A stretch of 64,000 nucleotides of DNA from Fimicolochytrium jonesii (GCF_025526975.1 NW_026515681.1:620001-684000), one strand, 5' to 3'; shown: positions 35,689-49,969, counted from the first letter of the stretch. Notes: a model not told the origin generated them from the sequence alone. Program-made: numbers and translations.

Positions 35689-36285
35689 CTATAATGTGAT
35701 TTTCGCTAATTGCTTCTCCAGGCCAGCTATCTCCTCCTGTACACCCTTCTTCGACGCCAGTTTCTCCTTCTGCTCGGCGTTCAAATCCGCAGGGTCTCCT
35801 CCAGCGACTTTCGTTTCCAGATCTTGGATCTGACGCAATTTTTTCCGCAGGTTTTTGATCCGCTTTTCCGTATCCGCGGCGGGGGCGGGGGCAGTGGGCT
35901 GGGATGTTGATATGGGTGTCGGTGCTGATTTCGCAGCAGGGTTGGCAGGCGTCGGTGGCAAGGGCTCCTCCTTCTCCTCCCCGTCCTCCCCGCCACTCTT
36001 CTTCGCCCTCCGTTTCGCATTCTTCCTCGCGCTCTTACTCAAACTGCTATCCGCCCCCGGATTCGCACCCGCTGCGGCGGAGGAAGGCACGCCAAGCCCA
36101 GCCACATACCCCGCAGGCACCCGCGTCGCCTCCACTTTGGCATTCGTGTATCGGTTGACGTCCTCTTGCGGGACGTAGCCTTCCCGGACTTTGCGTTCTT
36201 TGCGCACGGAGCCGTCGGGCCGCCGGCTGGCCGGGATGACCCGGTCGCCGTCGGCGCTGGCTTTTATGCCTGATATTGATGACAT
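35689..36285 (-). CDS. PYM1: Partner of Y14 and mago (PYM/WIBG)
   Basis: IPASRRPDGSVRKERKVREGYVPQEDV (Mago-binding motif) and KRIKNLRKKLRQIQDLE...LNAEQKEKL. Confidence 0.93.
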   Translation of the reverse strand: MSSISGIKASADGDRVIPASRRPDGSVRKERKVREGYVPQEDVNRYTNAKVEATRVPAGYVAGLGVPSSAAAGANPGADSSLSKSARKNAKRRAKKSGGEDGEEKEEPLPPTPANPAAKSAPTPISTSQPTAPAPAADTEKRIKNLRKKLRQIQDLETKVAGGDPADLNAEQKEKLASKKGVQEEIAGLEKQLAKITL

Positions 36286-36816
36286 TTTGGGTGTGTGTAT
36301 GGGGTTGAGTTGTGAGGTTTCTCTGAGAGTGATGAAGGGGATGTCCTTCGTAGCGTGCGAACATCTTACTGTTAGTGACGGCTTCCCTCACCAAGACGAT
36401 TCTACTTGAACAGTACCTGATCCCTACCTGTCTCGGAAGTCTTTGTGACGGGGTTCGGAGGAAGTGGTGGAGGCAGGACTCCGACTCGACGGGGATGTTC
36501 GTCTAGTTCGTTCGGGTGAATGCAGTGGGGAATGTCAAACTGAGAGAATTGAGACGAAAAGCTGGCGAAGGGGCCGAAAGCTTTTCGAAATTTCGACGTT
36601 GGAACTTCGTGGGGGCACTTGCAACCATCCCCACTCATCCCCACCTCCCACCGGCTAGTCGCCAGCGCCCACTCCTTCCCATGACAGCTCAGCGTCCTCA
36701 CCTCGGCAGCACACAATCCCTGCGCCAAAAGAAACCTTCGCACAACCATAACCACCTCAGGTCACATCCAAAGGAACTCACCTCGAAAACGGAAAACTTG
36801 CAGACCTTTGGCAACC

Positions 36817-38133
36817 ATGGCCGTCATAAGCGGTCCCGCCGACCCAAGCAAGCTCTCCCTGCAAAACTCAGTATTAACAGTCGAGCAGTTGCAGACTACG
36901 CCCTCGATGGATGACGGGATCCCTAAGGGTGCGTAGTGGTCCATATCGGTCCCACTCCCATTGACGATAGAGAAGACTCATCCACTTTTTTTTTTTGGGT
37001 ATTCAGAGCTAGAATATGAATTGAGGGTCCTAGGCTGCGAACTCATCCAGAGCGCTGGGATATTGCTCCGATTGTAGGTATTCATCACGATCGTTTCTGC
37101 GTCGGGTTGGAGATACGGGTGTAGAAGATCACGGGGACTCATCGCACGCAGGCCGCAGGTATCCATGGCGACTGCCCAAGTGCTTTTTCAACGGTATTAT
37201 TATGTTGCGAGTATGCGGGTTGCTGCTGTACGGGTATGTGTAGTCAGTGATCCCCTTTCAAATCGCAACATTCGCAGGCGATATTGATGGGATATTGGGG
37301 TTTCAGGATATAGCCATGGGCGCCATGTTCCTCGCGTCAAAAGTCGAAGAAACCCCGCGTCGGATACGAGATATCATCAACGTGTTCAGCTGGCTGTTTG
37401 ATCGGTATCGGGGGGTTGAGCCGAGGGTTGAAGGGTATCTCGGGTTGGTAAGTCCACTCACATCCTTCTCATCCATTCCCGTATTCGAGGTTTGATGGAC
37501 GATTTCTGATTTCAGCAATACAACGACTTCAAAGAAGGCCTCCTCTCTGGCGAAATGCGCATCCTCTGCATGCTCGGCTTCAACGTCCAGGTGCAGCAAC
37601 CGCACGGGTTCATGATCAATTATTTGCGGAGTCTGGATGTGGCTGAGAATGAGCAGTTGGCGCAGACTGCGTGGAATTACCTTAACGACGGGTGCGTAAA
37701 AATGTCCTAATCCCCCTTCCCCTTCCCATAACCCCCACATCTAATCATGACTCCTCCCAACAGCCTCCGAACAAACATATACACTCTCTACCAACCCTCC
37801 ACCCTCGCATGCGCCGCCATCCATCTCGCCGCGCGCAAACACCGTATACCGCTCCCGACGAATCCGCCATGGTGGGAGGTGTTTGATGCCGAGGAGGAGG
37901 ATCTGAGGAATATCGCCGGGGAGATTGGAAGGCTGTATAGGGGCGGGGCGAGGAGGGGGTTGCCGGTTACTGTGGGGGAGATGGAGGTGTGGTTGGGGAG
38001 GGAGGGGCCCAAGCCACTGAGACCGAACGCGGATGAGGAGGTTGGAATGGAAGTGGGAGTGAAGGAGAGGGATGGGGGAGCGGGCGTGGGAGCGGGAATG
38101 GGTGAGGTGACCCTGGTTGGCGCGGAGCCATAG
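36817..38133 (+). CDS. CCNL: Cyclin L; multi-exon
   Basis: TPSMDDG, LRVLGCELIQSAGILLRL|PQVSMATAQVLFQR, FLASKVEETPRRIRDIINVF, LGFNVQVQQPH, AWNYLND|SLRT and PPWWEVFD. Confidence 0.9.
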
Positions 38134-38318
38134 ATGGGCAGGAAGTGGCACAATCAACCTGTCAGATGTATATAGAGAGAGGTATTCCGAAGCTTTTTGG
38201 GCGTATTGCTGGCATCACTTCTATTTCTGCACATGAAAGCCTATCTAGAATGAATACGAGTTAAACTCCGCTCTACTACTACGCTCTTACGGGGAAGTGG
38301 GGGGCTTTGTCTGAACGT

Positions 38319-39894
38319 TCACTCGGCCTGACCCTCATCGGCATCATCCGCCTCCTCCGCGGCATCCCCATCCCCACCCGCATTGTCAACCTCTTCCCCT
38401 TCTACAGCGTCATCCGCCTCCACAATATCATCCCCATCCCCATCCCCATCACCCACACTCTCCCCCTCCCCATCCGCCCCTTTCGCCTTAACCCCCTTCC
38501 TCTGCGGCAGCACCGCCAAAAACGCCTGTTGCCAATCTTTCAATTCAAGATACTTTAGCATAATCTCAAATACTGCGAATTTCACATATCAGTATCTGCA
38601 AACGGGGCAACTGCCATAACCCAGGGTTGAATTACCGTGGTTGATAGTCAGAACCTTCCGCGTCTGCATGTCAAGGTAGTCCCCCAGAGGGAGACGCGCC
38701 GTGGGGATGCCTAGTTGCGTTGCTTTTGTTTGGCAGAGTCCCTACATCGAAAGAAAAAAGAGGGAATTTGAGTGGGTGATGACGAGTGGCAGCAAATGGT
38801 CGGTCGCTCGGTGGCCGGGACGTGCTCGCTAAGTGTTGGTTGATAGGCGGAGCTGCTCGCTTCGCTCGCGAAAACTGCAAACTAGCTGGTGCTCGCTAAA
38901 AGCTGCAATGAGGGGAGTTTTGCCGCCTCCGGCGCAATGTGGCTCGTTTTCGCTCATGCAGGAGTTCGCTCCAGTCGAACTCCCTAACGCCCGGTCTCCT
39001 AGAACGCACCAAACCCGCTTCGCTCCTGGCTTACTCCGCTCGGACGGACACCCACCTTATGCCGATTCTTATCCACCAACCCCCCAATCACATAAACCTT
39101 CCCTTCATCCAACTCCTCCACCGTCTCGCCCGCATCCGCGCTCAAATACACCAATCTCCCTCCATCCACCAAACTCTCCACCCCATCCTCGAGCATCTTC
39201 ATCGGGCATTTACTCGTCTGCCAGCGCGTGTGATCGGGCGACATGTGGGTGAGATTGTCCTTGATGGCGCCCTTGTAGGAGGTGAGAGTGAGTGAGACTG
39301 GGTGGAGGGCGGATTTGTTGGTGGAGTAGCATTGGATGACTTGCTGGGCTGTTGATTTTATTTCCTGTATCCCCCCCGGCGGGAGGTGAGTGTATGTTCG
39401 ACGGTCGGAGCTTCAACGGGTTCCGGCTTTGAGACATACCTTCTGAATCATCTTATCCTCAAAATCCAAATCAATCACAACCCCCATCGTTGACGGCTGC
39501 TGGTCAGGCCTCCACCGCGGTTTCGGGACGAATAACCCTACCCCAGAGAAACCCCAGTTCAATTCCCCCGTACGCACACTCAACACGTGCAAAATGGGAA
39601 TGGCAAAGGCATACCCTTCTGAATCTTCTCTTTCTTAACAGCTTTGAGCTCCTTCCGCTTCTCCTGGCGTTGCTCCAACCGCTGTTTCTTTCCGGCCTCC
39701 CATTTTTGTTCGCGGAGGGCTCGTTTGCGGGCTTTTTTGGATATGTATTCTTCGGCGGATTGTGCTGGTGGTGGGTCTGAGGAGGCGGTGGGTTCGTCGG
39801 AGACGGGTGTGGGTGCTGGCGGAATGTGAGCGAGGGCGGGAGTGGGCTCGGGCGTTGGAGCCTGCGCTGTAGCTCCTTCTGTTGTGGTTGACAT
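38319..39894 (-). CDS. TRM10: tRNA m1G9 methyltransferase Trm10; multi-exon
   Basis: [19 protein letters not shown]...[22 protein letters not shown]...[24 protein letters not shown]...[13 protein letters not shown]. Confidence 0.92.
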
Positions 39895-40266
39895 TGGGGT
39901 TGGTTGTTCAAGTTGAAGAGTTCATGCGAGAGCGAACCCTTTTTGACGTCGTGACTCACCAAGTGGCTTCGTTTGCGTTCCAGGATGCGCAAAAAACACC
40001 TTCCACAAGCGGATCTTTAACACAAATACGAAAAGAAGAACCACACCGCAATCTCTCAACAGCGCAGCTATTTTCAAAGTGAGGCATCTGCGGATTGAAT
40101 TGGAGGAATGCAAGACCAAGACAACATTTATTATTCCGGGGCTGTACAATTGTTTCGTGTCCCGGACAAGAGGCTAATCTAGTTAAACAGCCCAATGCTG
40201 ATATCTGTTGTGGTGGTTGTGGTAAATGTGGATGGAGAGTGGTATTTGCTTGAGAAAGCTGAGCGC

Positions 40267-41657
40267 TTATCCGGAACCGCCAGACTATTAGAGATGAAAA
40301 GAGGAAGAAAGTCAAAATGCTTGTTTTGCGGATATGTATGAAATCACAGACGATATGAATACTTACGAAAGCCTTTCCGAACAACAACACCTGGAGGGCG
40401 TCGTAACCAGACAACACACCAGCACCAGCAACAGCACGGAGAATGTTGGCACCAGCACCCTTGAAGAGAGACTTGGTACCCTCGGCCTTGACAATCTCGG
40501 TGAAGGCGTGAGCGGAGCTGCGGTACTTGACGGCCGCACCAGAGGTCATCATCATACGACGACGAACGGTGTCGATGGGGTAAGAGGCCAAACCGGCACC
40601 GATGGTGATACCCCAACCAAGGAGGAAGGAAGCACCGAAGTTGTTGGCCAAGTTGCCGGTGAGGACCTGTGATATCGCGAGGAGGGTAGAAGAAGATGAT
40701 AAGTAATTGATCATCATTCTCAAAAGCGAAGGAAACGAATCCGGTAATAAAAAAGGACTGGAAATCAAAATCAAGATACTTACAACAGGCTTGAGAGAGT
40801 CGTAAAGACCGAAGTACAGACCACGGTAGACGACAATACCAACGCAAGAGATGACGAAACCACGGTAGAGACCAGCGATACCGTCAGTGGCGAGGGTCTT
40901 CTTGTAGACGTCAATGAGACCGTTGAACTGACGCTCTCCACCCTTGCCAGCGGACTTGTTGTCGTTGGCGAGACGGGTACGGGCGTAGTCGAGAGAGTAG
41001 ACGAAAGCCAGGGAGGAGGCACCGGCCATACCTCCAGAGGCCAAGTTACCGGCGAACCACTTCCAGTATCCATCCTTCTCCTTCTTGTAACCGAACATCC
41101 TCTTGAAGTAGTCCTTGAAGGCAAAGTTCAAGGCCTGGGTAGGGAAGTAACGGATGACGTTGGCCATGTTTCCACGCCACAGTTGGCCGGCACCCTCTTC
41201 CTTGATGACACGGCTGAAGCAGTCACCGATACCCTTGTAGGGGCTGGAAAGACGACCCTGCTTGATCATCTCATCCTGGTTCTGTTTGTGATAGTAAAAG
41301 GGAGAGAAAGGAAAGAAAAAGAAGAAGTAAGTGAGTTTGTTCGTCGGAGTGGGAATCCGATGGGGAAAACCGCATCTGGGAAGATGAGGCGACGATCGTG
41401 GACACCAACGACCAACACGGCCCAGAACAGGTAGTAGGAGTCTCCCTGAGACCCTCCAGCCACTCCGAAACCCCATCAAAAGGGATCGTGGGACACCGCA
41501 TCGACTGAGCCCAGCCGTGGGGAAAAGAAAGACATACCTGGATGAGCAGCTTCACACGCTCGATGGGGGCAGCAGCCGTCTTGGAGACGGCGGCGGAGAC
41601 GCCTCCCATGAGGAAGTCGACGGCGAAGGACGAAGGGTTGTTCTTCTTGTCAGCCAT
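40267..41657 (-). CDS. AAC: Mitochondrial ADP/ATP carrier (4 exons)
   Basis: [58 protein letters not shown] and the RRRMMM signature. Confidence 0.98.
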
Positions 41658-42649
41658 TGTGAAGGATGTGCTGGTTGTCTGATTTGGGTTGAATCTGACG
41701 AAGGATGAGGTTGGAAAGGGAGAGAGCAAGGAGAGGGACGGGCGAAGTGGGTGCGGGTTGATATTTGTTGGGGTCTCGCAGAGGGGGCGTTTGTGAAAAA
41801 AATTCGGTTTCCATCGGAGTCCCTCGGGTATGTTGTTTGGGTCAAGGCCCACCAAAACAACGGGCACAGAGAAATGCGCGATTGACTTAGCGACCCTAAT
41901 CAAAAAGGCAGAAAGCACGAGCAAAGCAACGAAAACGGCAACGCAAATTATTACACGCCTTTTGCGCCTCCTTCGGTCCATGCAATTGGCCCTGCGCCAC
42001 GCCCACGCCACCCGGGTTCTTCCGGGTAATCGATATGCGCTCAGTCATGATGACTGCTGATAGACTCTCCTACGTCCACGTGACCGCCCGCACACCATTT
42101 ATTTCCGGCCTTTCAGAACGCGTCAAAGATGACGAGAAGAAAGCCGAGAAAGAGCTGCGTTGGGAGTTGAGCGTGCGCAGAAACAACACAAACATATCCG
42201 CTCTCTCGTACCACAACACTCTCAACGAGCAACAGCCACGAAAGCCTACCGTATTTCCATTCCGCTGCCAGGTATGCAGGTGTCTTTGGTCGCGAGAAGA
42301 TTTAGGGCGTGGTGGGGAGAGCGGTGATGTGGAGAGAGGGATTCGAACATACGCGACGCGTGGTTCTCGGCGGGGTTATTAGCGCGCAACGGGAAGGGGC
42401 ATCGCAGGACTCGCATAGGATTGAATTGGGATGGGATTGGAAAGGGAACGGGTATCAGGATCCTCATCTCAACGACGAAGGAGGAAAGGCATCGCTCGCG
42501 CAGGTGGAGGTTTCCTGTCTCACATGGAGCAGCATCTCCCCGCACATCAACGCGTCAAAACCACCCCTCTCACATCCCACTCTTCCCACGTAGGCTTCTC
42601 AAACCCCCCACCCACACCTCTCTCCCATCGCCATCCCCCCCCAACCTAA

Positions 42650-43147
<498 letters not shown>

Positions 43148-43774
43148 TAATGAAACAGAAGGCTTCCAACTATATACACTTCTGTGTGTGTGTGTGTGGG
43201 TGTATGTGTGTGCATGTGGAAGGCTGCCAAATCTGTGGTGTGGTAAAGCATGGTTTTCAAAGGCTTCATATCGCAAAAGTCCACAAATTTCCAATAAACT
43301 CTATTAAACCCCTGGGGTCAGTTATATGTACGTCTCTTTCCGCCCTCCAACCTCCACCCGACCCGCCAACCCATAACCAACGAACCTCATACAACAGAGG
43401 GTGGGTGGAAATACTTGGTTTCATGACCGTCTGCATGGGTGTGGGGAGCGGGAGTGGAATCGGGCGAGCCTGGGGTCGTCCTGACCGGCCCTGCGCTGCT
43501 CGGGACTGCTTTGTTGTAGCATCGTAGAGGTGTCCCGCCAGGCACGATGCACGATGAGAGAGTATTGCATCTCGCCTCGTCTTTACTATGCTCCCCAAAT
43601 GATGGTGGAAGTGGCGGTGGTGCTATCGTGATGCGGAAGCAAGTGTGGCGTCGGGGGCGCGTGTCCTCGTCAATGCATACCCGGCCTCATCCCTTCGGCT
43701 TGCCGGTCGCGCCACCCCCTCCGAATCCATCTCCGATCCCATATCAACACCTCTCATCAACACCCTTCACATCT

Positions 43775-46117
43775 CTACCCACTCCCCACCTCAGTCCCAT
43801 CCCCTGTCCTCTTCTCCTGCTCCTCCCGGGCCCTAACCCTCCCCCCGACAACCCCCTCCAATTCCCTCCGCATCGCAACAAGCTCAGCCTCCTGCTCCTT
43901 CTTCAGCTGCGCGACGGCAAGCGAGTCCAGTAGCGAGACGACAAAGTACCCGATCATGGCCGCTAGGATGCCGTTCCAGGCGAAGGAGAGGAGGTTCTCT
44001 TTTTCGGGGGACTGTGATGAGAAAATGAAGTGAGTGAGTAACGGGATTGGTGAGTTAAGAGAAGTGACTTACGTTCTGGGGACTTTCGATCCCTTCCTTG
44101 TTGAACCGCTTCACCTGCTCGTCTAGGAACTTCTGGACCAGGTTGTGGAGGTACGGCACGTGCTGTTTCAGCTCAGCGAGCAAAAACGATAGGATGTCCT
44201 CCGATAAGATCAGGATGACCGATAATGTCTGCGTGGTAACAAGGTTCAGTCGAATGATGGGTTGTGAATGCATTGATGCGGTCAGATGGTACCTGTATGC
44301 TTGTTTTGAACACGGCTTTTCCTAGGAAGGTCGCGCCGAAGAAGGTCATGAACGGGACGCCGAAGTGGCCGCAGATGATTCCCGCGAGGTCGAAAAGGGG
44401 GTTTGGGATCTGTTCAACGGTGTCTATTCCATGAGTCCCACCTCCGAAAACCCTCAAGATCACGATGCGACATACCGAAGCGCAGAGCAAGATTCCAAAG
44501 AACCCAAGCGATTGCATCATATTGTACATTCCAATCTGCAGCTTCTCGCCGATCGTGCGCCGGCTGCGCGGTTTCTTGAGCACGCTTTCGATGCTGGCGA
44601 AGCCTTGGTCGTCGCGGCCTGCTTCTGCGGCTGTGGACGGAAAAGGACGTGAGCGAGAGTTGGTCTAGTATAAAGAAGCAAGTTTTGGCCCTGATTTGTG
44701 ATCCGTACCAGCACGGGCGACAAAGTACGGTGGCAACTCTCCAATTGACGTTCCCATGCCCCAAAAGAAACTCTCCCATCTCACTTTCCGCGCGATCTGC
44801 CATACAGTGATAGCAGCGGCGGTCGATGCACCTCTCGATTGGGTTGGCGATTCGCATGAAAAGCTGTATACGTGCATAAACTGCTCAGGAAAAGTCCCAC
44901 AGAGAATATACTCCGGGCGTGAAGTAACTTACCTATCAGGTCCACGGATAGGGAAATCGGTCGTCTGGCACTGGTATGCTGTCAACGTAACGTGGGCGAT
45001 GTGCGGTCCGAGGAATAGGACAAACGTGTGCAGTCCAGTTCCCAGGCCGATCGACGACGCGATCCCTAGTAGTAGCCACCAGCCGTACCACAGCACGTTC
45101 GATTCCAGGAACTTGACAGTCTGTCAACGCAAATAGACAAGATCAGTTCCTTTTCGTACGCGTTGACAATTCTTGAGTACGCAGGACGGTGCGGCGCCCG
45201 GAAGTGTCGCCTTCAGGACAAAGGGCTTGGCCAAGCGAGTCTTTGTCATCAAGCGTCATTGCGCTTGAGGCGCGATGGTCTCGCTGCCGCTCGCAGCACG
45301 GTCGCCAGCGCCGGCCACCCTCGCTCCCTCGTTCACCATCAATTGCCACCAAAGGTCGCTCTCGCTCGCTGGAACCTACCTCCTGATGCGGCCCATCCGT
45401 CCGATATATCGTGACCCCCGCCGCAACCGCAGCCGCCAAAACCGCCACAACCCACGTCTGCGCAAACAGTTGCCCAACCGCCGTCCTCACATTCCCTCCA
45501 ACGTAAAGCCCCAAATATTTCCCAAACCGCACCGGCGACCTGAACAGCGACAGCTCATTCCTCAGCAACGCCAACTCCTTTCTCCGCAGCTCTATAGACT
45601 CTTTGGATGACCGCCGGTGGAGGATGCTGAGTGGCTTGCCCGTGGCGTCGTGCAGGCTGCTTTGACTGGTGAAGGAGGAGGACATGAGGTCGTCGGTGCT
45701 TTGTTTTAGAGGGTCGCTGTCGTCGGAGGAGAGGCTTATTTGGCTTGCGGAGAGGCCATCGTGGAGTTCTAGACGCTCTATGAGAACTTCCTTTTTGCCT
45801 GTGGCTGGTAACTATTCGGAAGGGTGCAGATGAGAATCTGACCCAGGAGATAGATCTCTCAGAAGGGCAACGCGTCAGAATGGGCCTACCTTTCTTTGGC
45901 GAAGCTCATCCTGCAATTGCCTGTATGTCAAATCAGCACCCCTGTAAAAGCCATAGGTTAAGTGGACCGGTTAGTGGAGCAAAAGCCAATTCACTATAAC
46001 TCCCATGTGGGCATAATTCCGCGCGCTGCGACCTGAGATATATTTTCCCACGCCCCAAGATTCCGACCGCCAAGCCCCAATTGATAGCACTAACCTGTTG
46101 AGCGACTCAGAGCTCAT
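43775..46117 (-). CDS. VMP1: Vacuole membrane protein 1 (VMP1/TMEM49) with an N-terminal SAP-like motif; multi-exon
   Basis: [92 protein letters not shown]. The 3' end is approximate. Confidence 0.92.
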
Positions 46118-47615
46118 AGTTTAAGTCTATCGCAAGCAGCAGCACCCAAAGGTCCGCTCCTATCACTGTACTTTCCCGCGACCCTCGTATCTCTGCCGTT
46201 CTCCGTGGGTAGGCGGTGTCCGTACGGCTGTGCGGAGGAAAACTTGTGTAGGAAGGTGATTTTCTGGGCAATACTTTGCGCAACTTGTGGTGAGGTATGT
46301 TGGAGGGAACACTATTGCGGTCCTCGAAGGTGCAAAGCTATGGCGGGTAGACCTTTTTGTTTTGAAGGAGCGGTGTGGGAAAATGGGAAATAAAAAGTGG
46401 AGGAGGAGGATGGTTATCAGCGGCCACGAACCTGGCCACGAACACGCCCATTGCGCTATCCCCTCGAGGGCGTTCGGTGGGTGACAAAAGGGGTCTTGCC
46501 CATCTTGCCCATGCCACGCGTTGACCGGGTTTGTTTAGACGCGAAGGCGCAGAAAGGAGGTCACTATGTTTAACCTGCCTAAATTCAAATGATCTGCCAC
46601 GGCCTAAAAGGAGGATGTTCTCAGGGTCGTTAGACCTGACAACTTCCCAGTTCCGTCATCCCCAAACTTCCAAGACAACTCTCAGTCAGTCATACACACA
46701 CAGTCCACTGGTCGGCACGTCGGAGGTAGCTCAAGTCAGCCGCTGACTGACGGGCCGTATGTCGGCGGACAGGTGAGAAAGCAAGTTTGATGAACCACCA
46801 CATCTTCAGCGAAACACTTTTTCGACTTTAGAACCGGAAACTCACTTGCGGCGGTATTACGGTCGCATCCGGAACGTACAGTACGTCGCGAGAAATGTCG
46901 CAGAGGATGAAGAGTAAGAAGCATCGGCGATTTGCATGGACGTCATAGTGCCAAAGGAGCGATCGATTGTAGAGCGCAAGTCCTTCACCAGCCTCAGAAG
47001 TTGATGGCAAGGTGGAGAACGCACAACGGACACCTGCGTTTGGAAAGCCTTTTGGGATCTTCTGTGTTGGTTCGTTCGGTCCATCCAGATGGGGAGACCT
47101 GGAATCTCCGTGGAAGAATGGAGGGCACTTTCGATTGCGATACTCTCGCCTTGGGGATCGGCTTCCGGGGCTTGGCTCGGCTACGGTGGCCCTTAGATTG
47201 CAGTGTGTGGGAAAGAGCGCTTTTCTTCCCAATTTATTCAAAACCAGCACATTTGGAGTTCATTTAGTCGTAACCCATTATATAGTTCGAAAAATGACAT
47301 CTAGAGACGTTTTTTGCAAGCAAAACACTGCTTTCTGCATGATCCTCGTTGGTACTACTATACCGAGCCCAGTCAATATGGAGACGGTGCGATGATAGCC
47401 TGGCTGGAACATGTACTGTACAGTACTGTATATCCGGCTGCATATATGTGGCAGTGGGGAGCTCTTGAAGTAAAAGGGGCTTCCTCAAGTCGCGCGTTTT
47501 CCCACCGGCCGTGACGTTGTCTCCTTTCGCACTTTGAGCATCCCTCCCATCCCACCCTGCATCCCACCCATCTTCCCACCACCTCCCAACACACAGAACA
47601 AACACACAGCAAAGG

Positions 47616-49491
47616 ATGGCCTTCCACTCCCCCTACCTCTTCCTCTCCGCACCCGGCGACCCCACAAAGCAGGACACAGTCAACAAACTCAAGGACAAGA
47701 TCGCCTCAAAGCACAACGACTATGCTGAGATATTTCCATTTTCTTTGCCTGAATTCAAGGTAAAGTGGTCATAGCATCATGTGGTTGCGGCCAATGCAAA
47801 TGTCAAGCTATCTTACTCACACATGATGCTCGCATATGCTCTGTATGGCAACTTCAGGTGGGAACTCTCGACCAATTAGTCGTGCTCTCCGATGACCTCG
47901 CCAAACACGACCTCGCCGCTGAAAGCATCGCGGTCAAAATCGCAGAGAATATGAAGACGCTGCTGAACAACGATGTGGATCAGTGGAAGAATAATTTAGT
48001 CGTCAATGAAAGTGAGGAATCCTCGGAAAAAGATGGGGGCTTTGGGTGCTGAAGCGCACCAGGGGGATACTAACGCGCCGCTGGCGGGAAAAATGAATAG
48101 AGGGCCTCGACGCATACCTCCGCGGCTTCCAATGGAACGGGATGAAGTACCGGACGGACAAGAGTCTGAAAGAGCTAGCGGATCTGATCTTACAAGTATG
48201 AGCCACCAAAATGCGAGAGAGAGGGTGGGAGCGAAACACGAGAGCGGTGCCACTAACGATTGGTGTGTTGGGAGTAGGAAGTGAACCAGATCGATGCGTT
48301 GATGAAGAGCAAGATGACCGCGTATCAGGCTGTGAAGTCGGCGTTGCAGGGAATACAGAGGAAACAGACGTACGTTACGTGTTGGACTCGGGGTTTCTTA
48401 GAGTTTGGAGGGGTCTGACATTTTGTCTGACATTTTCGTTTGTAGAGGAAATCTGGCTGTGCGGAGTCTGAACGATATCGTCAAAAAGGATCATCTGATA
48501 CACGATTCTGAGTTCCTGACTACGCTCATCGTCGCTGTACCAAAGTGAGTTTGCCGAATAGGCGCGAAGCGTGTGTGAAACTGTAACCTCATGCGCACTT
48601 TCCCATCTAGGGCATTAATCAACGACTGGATAGCGAAATACGAGACGCTGACGCAGATGGTCGTTCCGCGGTCCTCGCAGTAAGTGGGCCGCCCCGCGGA
48701 TGAGACCTAGGCTGGATCTGACGGTCCGGATTGCGTAGGAAAATCGCGGAAGACGAAGAATACGCCTTGTTCACTGTGACGCTGTTCCAACGCATGGTGG
48801 AGGAGTTTCAACATAAGGCGAGGGAGAACAAGTATGTTTCTTCTGTTTTGGGGGTTTCTATAGATCTAGATCTACAGATAAGCGAATTCTAATCCACCTC
48901 GTGTTGGTCTCGCTTGCAGATTCACAGTGCGCGATTTCAAATGGGACGTACAAGCAATGGCAGCCGAAAAGAAACAGCTGGCAGAGATGGGTGCCACGGA
49001 GCGCGAGCAATGGGTAGGTTTCTATTCCTCATCCCATACTTACCCCTCGATCACTAACCCCTTTTTTATCCCCACCGCTAGACAACCCTCCTCCGTCTCT
49101 GCAAAGCCAACTTCGGCGAAGCCTACGCATGTCACGTCCACCTCAAAGCCCTGCGAGTGTTTGTCGAGTCCATCCTCCGTTACGGCCTGCCGCCGAATTT
49201 CCAGCCTATGGTTATCAAGGTGCGTTCTCGTCCCCCGTACTCGTCTCACATCCCGAAAAGTTCTGTCCCTTAAAACCTCACGCTCCCTTTTTCCAGACCA
49301 AACCAAAACAAGAACGCAAGCTCCGGGATCTACTCAACCGGCACTTTGCGAAACTGGCGGGTAATACAGGAAACAGTTCGACAGCAGCAACGACAGGGGA
49401 AGACGCACACATTGAGGAGAATCTGGCGATGTTGATTGGCGATAAGGATTATGCGCCTGTTGTGTTGTTTTATATTAATCCGATTGTTTGA
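47616..49491 (+). CDS. VMA5: V-type ATPase subunit C; multi-exon
   Basis: [55 protein letters not shown] and [19 protein letters not shown]. Confidence 0.95.
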
Positions 49492-49969
49492 GGTGGGGAT
49501 GGAGAGGATACGTCTCCTGGATTAACCCCGCACGAGGACTCGGATGTGGTGTTGGTGGTGTCTTTAGGTGCGTGGGTTGATATAGTGGTTTCCCTCCTAA
49601 CGGGAGGGCGGCGGTGGCACTCACATACCCCATGCAAACACCATCCCGACAAACGATCATGTGTGTTTTCGGATTGTCACAGACATATCGCGCACATGTC
49701 ACCCCGTCCACGGTAGCCCCATCTGAGCCCTCAATCTACATATAAATACACATGCTGTCCCTCGTGTCGTCTCATCTGTGTCTCCTCGCGGCTCCTTCCG
49801 GCTCCTCTCGTTTCCGGCCGTCTCGTCTATCTCAAATCTATTCTATCTTCACCTCTCGCATGCCACCCCACCGTGTCCTCCTCACACTTCCTGCATGCCC
49901 ATCCCACCTCGCCGCGCCACTTTCACAACCACCCTCCTCACCCATCTTCCCATGTCTCGCCACAAAACC

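Noticed and set aside
38975..38990. CCCTAAC as a telomerase RNA template in the TRM10 intron
   Set aside because: It is barely more than one repeat unit, antisense to the host transcript, and has no other support.
39956..41479. 507-aa single ORF for the ADP/ATP carrier
   Set aside because: It reads through in-frame introns. The spliced ~310-aa carrier ends at 40267.
46200..47550. Short ORFs between VMP1 and VMA5
   Set aside because: No recognisable motifs or consistent splice model. Treated as intergenic, though a small gene or ncRNA cannot be excluded.
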